From assembly GCF_002571385.2 (NCBI RefSeq), contig NW_019217904.1, forward strand, positions 530,944 to 584,471: DNA of 53,528 nt, written 5' to 3'. A program made the translations under genes and the position numbers. Below, piece after piece: positions 47,467-53,528 of this stretch. The notes below the pieces were generated by a model. That model worked only from the letters and a program-made list of their open reading frames with translations, had not been told where the DNA came from and ran no database searches. The first letter of the stretch is position 1. Each line of letters opens with the position of its first letter. This DNA is from Stylophora pistillata. Taxonomy: Eukaryota.

Positions 47467-48546
47467 GTTTTTTTCTCCTAGAACTATTCATATAGCACAT
47501 TTTTGATTAGGCCACCTGATCCTAAACACCATCTCCCGTGCTGATATTATCTCCTTCATGGTAATGAAATCATTAAAAACATTTTCTTGGTCCTGTAACT
47601 TGATATGTTGAAAGAACGCTGACCAATCTCACATCAACCTTATAATTACAATGTTGGAATCAGAATTTCGACTCAAGATAGTTTCTTTTTCTTTAATAAA
47701 CTTTTTCATTGACTAACGTCTATCTATGCCTTTTCAAAGGCAATACTGTAACAACAAATCCAAAATAAATTTCCAGTTTGAACATTAAATTCACCATTAT
47801 TGCCTTTTCTTTGAATTGGGCCGAGAAAACTCCTTTTTTTTAACCTCAGTGAAGTTTCTGTAATCAATTTCAGGCCATTGATATGCATTAAAGATCCTTG
47901 AATATAATTTAAAGGTTTTAAAAAGTTCATCTATTTAAAAGTATTTAGGTCATAAACTTTTACCGACACAAAAATAGGTCACAGATCTATTTTATTCCCC
48001 TCCCCCCCCTGCCTCAAGTATACTCACAAACTAACTATGAAGTCTTCTCTCAATACACAAAATTTTCTCAGAAAATCCCCTCTCCATCCCCCACTTAGTA
48101 CAAAATTCCTTGGGAAATAAATCCATCCCCAATGGAACTTATGTTCTATAAAGAGCTTTGGGTTTTTTTTATCTTGTTTTAATTGGTTGTTTTGTTTTGT
48201 TTTGTCTTTGAGTTTTTGCCAGAGAGTGTTACTTTTAAAAAATCTCGTAGTTTAACAACCAATGATTCAGTTTATTTTTGCAACTTTTCTCGACATATTT
48301 CCTCCCACCTTTCAACAGGTGCCAAGACGAAATATTCGCTTGTCAAAACAGGTACCGGTCACATTCCGTAATCACTTGAACAACCTCTCACTCGAGATAG
48401 ATCACAGAAAAGTATCATCTCTAAGAAGACCGAGCCACAGCTAAAGAACTTCTCACCCTTTTTCCTCGCTAAAGATTTCAAACAATGAACTGATGAAGTG
48501 ATCACAAAATAAGTCACTTTTTAACCTACAGCCTTCTAGAGCCGAT

Positions 48547-51500
48547 ATGGAAGGAGGGAGATTATTTAGGACAGGAATTTACAAGATAGTAGGACACCAT
48601 GTCAAGGTTTTTGCTTTAAATGTGATATTTCTCGTTTTTGTTTCATGCGCTAGTTTGCCTAAAGACAATATTCCTGTCCGAAGTGCTTCGCCTTTGAAAA
48701 TCGATGTGACAAAACCCGCTTGTTCAGATAGAAGTGAAAAAAACAATACTACGCCTAGACCTATCTGCCAATCAGAGAGTTGTAGAGCGATTTCACAGTT
48801 AATCCAAAAAGTTCGCAATACGTCGGTAGAACCTTGCGACAATTTTTATGAGTATGCCTGTGGACAGTGGATCAAGGACAATCCAGTGCCAAAAGGGCAT
48901 TTGCAGTTCTCTCGGATAACACAACTGTCCAAAAATAACGAGCGAATCATGAAAGAAAATCTGGTTGGCGATTCACCAAGTGACACGGAAACGCTGATGA
49001 AAGTCAAGAATTTTTATAGGTCGTGCTTCAACGAGGAAATCATTGACAAGCTTGGGAATAAGCCGTTGTTAGATTACATTGACAGCTTAGGATCTTGGTC
49101 TCTGGCTAAGAAATGGAAAGCAAAGAGTTGGAGTTTCTACGATACATTAGGTTATGTACAGAGGAACTACCCCGTGGAGGTGTTCTTCAGTGTAAATGTT
49201 ATTCAGGATCCCGTTAAGAAGAAGGGAAGCACAGAAAGAAAATATGTCATTCTGGTGAGTATTTAACCGTAGCAAGAGAATTATATTTCGCCGTATGTCG
49301 ATGTTGATGGTTAGTTGGCGCACAAGCCAGGAGACTCGTAGCTCTGAAGGTTCCCCACTTCCCACCCGCTCTGTAGAGAGCATTTCCGTATATTTGCATA
49401 TCACAGGCCAGAAATTTTTTCAGCTTTCCTGACAGTTTGGTGAATGTGTGTCTATTTGTGTAGATATACGGAGACAATGTGAGAGTGTTTTGTCTCAAAA
49501 CAAACAAATTGACCCCTACCAGGCTAGGGAAAGAGTTTGTGACATACCGCAAGTCCATCGCAGTTTTTTCCACGCCCTTTTCTTTTGTATTGTTGCCATA
49601 ACAAAGCATTTTGCTGGTTCTGTTTTAAAAAACTGAACGGGGAAAGGACTGTAACGTTAGGTATCTCCTAATAACAGAAAAAATAGCGCAACGATTTTGA
49701 ACTTTATGGGGTAGGACCTAAAACAGGTTTCCCTGGAATCCTAAAAAACAGTAGGCGAGAATCGTTAATATTCTTGCTCTCTAAGGTTACCATGCACTTT
49801 CTTCCAAGTTATTTGAGATTTACCTGGCTCCAGCTTATATTTAGGTCTCCTTGACTAAAAGTATCATAAGTGTTTAGTGCCTAGCATTATGTCCGAATTA
49901 GGTCATCTAAGGAGATGGACATCAATTCAGTGATATAACTTCGACCCATTTAGACACGCGTAAAACAATTTCGCTGGCGGCAAAGAAGACTCTTCTTCAT
50001 ATTTTTTTACTCTAAACCTTGCCCACTGTAAAGATCAACTCATTGTCTGGTTTGGGCACGTCTAAAAGAGTTCGTTGGACTAGCATAGTCGCCACACGTT
50101 TTTTGTCGAGGCCTGTTTTGCGCGTACGCAAGACTCCAATGATGACAAATGATAAAAGATTGTCATTCGTTTATCAATTGTATTCATGAGCATCTTCATT
50201 GTAATAAACGGTAACATTTACCAAAATACGATAATTTTTGATACCATAAAGCTGTAAAAGCTGTAAAGAAAATTATGGTAAATATGCATCAGCATTTTTT
50301 GTTCATTTGCTTTTTCCCTGTTTCCTTTAGATTGACCAAGCAACCTTAAATCTTCCGCAAATCATCTATTTCACAAGCAAAAAGGTAAAGCTAAAGCTAA
50401 ATTTTCCTTAAATTTCTTAGTAAGGAACTGCTAGATGATTTTTTAGAGACCAGTGTTATCAATTGCCTCGGGGGGAGGGGGGGAGAGGTCGAAGGACTTT
50501 GAGGGATAAAATTGTTCTTAGGGGGGAATGCAGGGGAATCAGTCGTCTCTGACAAAATTTAAAGGGAGTACTGTGGAAAATTAGCTGCTAATGAAGGTTG
50601 ATCTTTAAAATACTACAGAGCCTTTCGAGGGATATCAGGTGAATTTTATTGTGAGACAGGCAAAATCCTGCTACTCACCGCTTTCTTTCTACCCCCAACA
50701 GTCCCCCAAGAAAGAAATAGCCACATAGACTTACAGTGTGTTGTACTTTGTAGGTTACTGACCTCTGTTATTTGCCTTAGATTTTAAAAGAAGTGTGGAA
50801 GTACATGTCAATTATTACAAGTCTTGCTGGAGTCAGCAAAAAAGAATCCAAACGAGCAATGAGGGACTTGCTTCTTTTTGAGGGAAAACTTGCGCTGGTG
50901 AGAAAAAAACTCACGTTCAAACGTACTACAGTCATATATTTTCTTCTATAATGGGAACACTTAGTTTTTAGCTTGAAAGAGCTGAGATCACCACAATTTC
51001 CGAATATTCCCGAAGATTTCCGAATACCCCCGAAGATCTCCAGTTTTCCTGCAAGAGTCATAAACATTTCTGACGTAAATGCATCTATTGTGCTCTCTAT
51101 TCTTAAATGTGAAGGTTTCCAATTTACATTGTTTTCCTTTTTTCCGTACTGGGTCGAGTTTATGTAACATTACGCGTTTTCATAAAATATGTTAGTTAAG
51201 GCTGTAATAGCTCAAACTTTTCCGGTAGGTGCAAGAAACTGGGGGCCGAAATGCCTTGACAAGTTTCCTAAATTTAAAAGTAAATTCGGCATTATCAATC
51301 GACGAAGGGCTAACGCTCGAAACGTCAGATTTTATAATCGTAACGGTGGCCAATTTCCCTTTTCAACTTTGTTGATATATTCATATTATTTCGTTACCCC
51401 CACCGACGCAGCCCCAAACAGTTTCTTTAGAAATTATCAGCCTTTATTCATCAGCATTATCAAGTTCCTTATTCATTTGCAGTACTGGGTTCCGAAAGTG

Positions 51501-53517
51501 TCCAAGAAATACGTACGGATTCCTATTGGTAAGCTGAAGGAGGCTCTTCCAGAGGTAAACCCCTAAAACCCCGACGTTTTTATCTTCGCGATCCTCTCTC
51601 TGTAGCGGAGCTCAAACAGCAAACCTTTGCCAGAGATTGGAGGGCTTCAAATATGTCTGACATTCTTCCATATCATGTCGATCGTGAACATTTGTTTATA
51701 TCGCGCTTTCCCACACGTGCCACTAGCAGCTATGCAAAGTGAATGGAACAAAGAAAAGTGATAACATAAGAAAAGATTTCAAATCCCACAAGATTTTATC
51801 GGTACTTCATCATGGCCATCATTCAGGGCTATAGCCGCCACATCAACATGTCGTTTCGTTACCCAGTGTCTAGTCTCAGTCAATTCAGTGTTAAAGCATT
51901 GAACCGCGGAATCCGAAGGTCTGAGGTTCAAAACCAAAAGGAAGCTCAGATTTTATTCTTTTCCCCATTATCGTGACCAATGAATAGCATCGCTCTCTTG
52001 GTAAAAAAAATCTCGTTTCTTTGTCCATAGTTTCCTTGGCTGAAGCACTTGCAGAAGGTGTTGTCAAGGCCAGATCTCACAGAAGACGACTTGGTAGTGG
52101 TACTAGCCAATGACTACTTACAGAACATGTTGAACCTACTGCGCACAACCAAAAAGAGGTAAACTTATTCGAGGTTTTCTCCGTTGCTTAACTTTTTAAC
52201 CCCTAGGAGTGATTGGCATCAAACTACTCCTCATACTTTCATGGGGGAATCAAAGGTCACCAGAATAAAGGAAATGATCGCCAAATGAAGAAGCTCTCAT
52301 CGTTTCACAAATTTCCCCTACTGGTACCATAGAGAGTGTTTAGAGAATAGTATGGAGAATATGCCCATTGCTGTCTGGTTGAACAGGTTTGAGCGTGCAG
52401 TCTCTTCGCAGGGGGCCATGAAAGAAGTCAGGGTCCAGGGAAGAGACAAATTGACTTGGTCTACAGAGATTTTGTGAGGGATGAGGAGAGTAGGGGGGTT
52501 GCGGGGGGGGGGGAGTGAGGGATAAAAAAATATTAAGACAAACAGGGATTGCATGATGCTTTATTTTTAAATAGTTTCTTTTTGTGTATGATGCACGATC
52601 CTCGCAGTAGATAACGCTATTTAAGCAATAGCGAAAATCAGACCTGAAAAAAATCAGGCCTGTACGGGACTCGAACCACTCTGCGATACTAGTGCAGTAT
52701 CGCACTAGTATCGCAGAGGTCAGTGGTTTGAGTCCCGTACAGGCCTGATTTTTTTCAGGTCTGATTTTCGCTATTGCTTAAATAGCGTTATCTACTGCGA
52801 GGATCGTGCATCATACGTATCAAATACCGCAGTTCAAAATATATGATTTTCATATATCTATTCTATCTCAGTTTCTTTTTGTGTAATATTTTTATTCCTT
52901 GTCGACAATCTCCAATGAGACGGACGCTAGACACAGGAGAGTGACAGCAATAATATATAAAACCCTGTGATATTCACAGACAAATTACTTAATATCGTAG
53001 TACCTGAGAACTTCTACCTAGTCATGAGCCCCGCGGTTTACCAATTTCACGCTGTTGTTTTTTAGTACTTTATCAACGTATATGGTATGGCGTTCCATAA
53101 AAGATGTTGTGCCTCTCCTTTCCAAAGAATTCCGAGCGGTTCACCGAAAATTTAAGGTCAAACTTCTTGGAAGTAAAAGAAACAAGACCAGAGCAGACAT
53201 CTGTTTTAGCTACACCAACAACATCCTCGGCCCTATGCTTGGGGCGTTGTTCATCAGAAATGCGTTTGGTCCAAGCAGCAAGGAGAAGGTAGGAAATGCA
53301 CCAGGCTATGTCGTTCCCAGTCTTAACTTTCTGTTTCCTCTTTTCAATTCGGTAACAAACAATGGATGTTCCACGGTTCTCTCTACGCAAAACTGATCAC
53401 GTTATTTTTCCTTTTAAGGTGGAAGTAATGATGGACGGCATCATCCGGGCATTTAAAGATCGTGTGGCGGGCGTGGGCTGGATCGATAATCAAACTGTCC
53501 AAGCCGTCAGAGAAAAA
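48547..53517 (+). CDS. M13 family metallopeptidase (endothelin-converting enzyme/neprilysin-like), 5' part; continues past the window end
   Basis: Exons 48547-49254, 50331-50384, 50781-50897, 51483-51554, 52031-52158, 53066-53288 and 53419-53517. Motifs: signal anchor, C.SESC, VEPCDNFYEYACGQW, KVKNFYRSC, IDQ..L.LP, FPWL, YMVWR, LGALFI and WIDNQT...EK. The HExxH motif is not within the window. Confidence 0.92.
51299..51453 (+). mobile_element. 5'-truncated hammerhead-bearing retroelement (same family as 38209) with a 10-bp TSD
   Basis: TCGACGAAGGGCTAACGCTCGAAACGTCAG...CACCGACGCAGC..CAGTTTCTTTAGAAA, flanked by GCATTATCAA at 51289-51298 and 51454-51463. Confidence 0.75.
52589..52869 (+). mobile_element. 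tRNA-derived SINE with an inverted 5' duplication (foldback) and a 16-bp TSD
   Basis: TSD AGTTTCTTTTTGTGTA at 52573-52588 and 52870-52885. Arms 52586-52695 and 52702-52816 are near-perfect reverse complements. A B-box-like GGTTTGAGTCCC is present. Confidence 0.85.
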
Positions 53518-53528
53518 GTAAGTTAAAA

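Noticed and set aside
165-53396. The many remaining 60-130 aa ORFs in the track
   Set aside because: They are antisense or off-frame shadows of real exons, or lie in introns and repeats, with no recognisable motifs or splice support.

Overview
This is AT-rich eukaryotic genomic DNA with GT-AG introns. The gene content and repeat landscape (tRNA-derived SINEs, Penelope-type hammerhead motifs, palindromic MITEs) suggest an invertebrate, most likely a cnidarian such as a stony coral (inference). I rebuilt these genes by hand from splice sites and reading phases: the 5' part of CHK1 (-); NIT2 (+), head-to-head with CHK1 and missing the segment that carries two catalytic residues; a DRAM/TMEM150 gene (-); an MGAT4-like GlcNAc-transferase (+); a DUF288/STELLO-like gene with one in-frame TGA (-); a SNAG + HNF1-type POU-like + zinc-finger gene (+); two tandem LIV-1/ZIP transporters with an altered metal motif (+); a B4GALNT3/4-like gene lacking its catalytic motif (-); tRNA-Thr(CGT); and the 5' part of an M13 ECE/neprilysin peptidase (+). 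There is a 945-N gap. The best leads are an unexplained, strand-specific multibranch RNA fold at about 21.7-21.9 kb, the unusual SNAG/POU-like/ZnF architecture, several apparent pseudoenzymes, and hammerhead-bearing mini-retroelements with target-site duplications. All family assignments come from recalled motifs; no database search was run.
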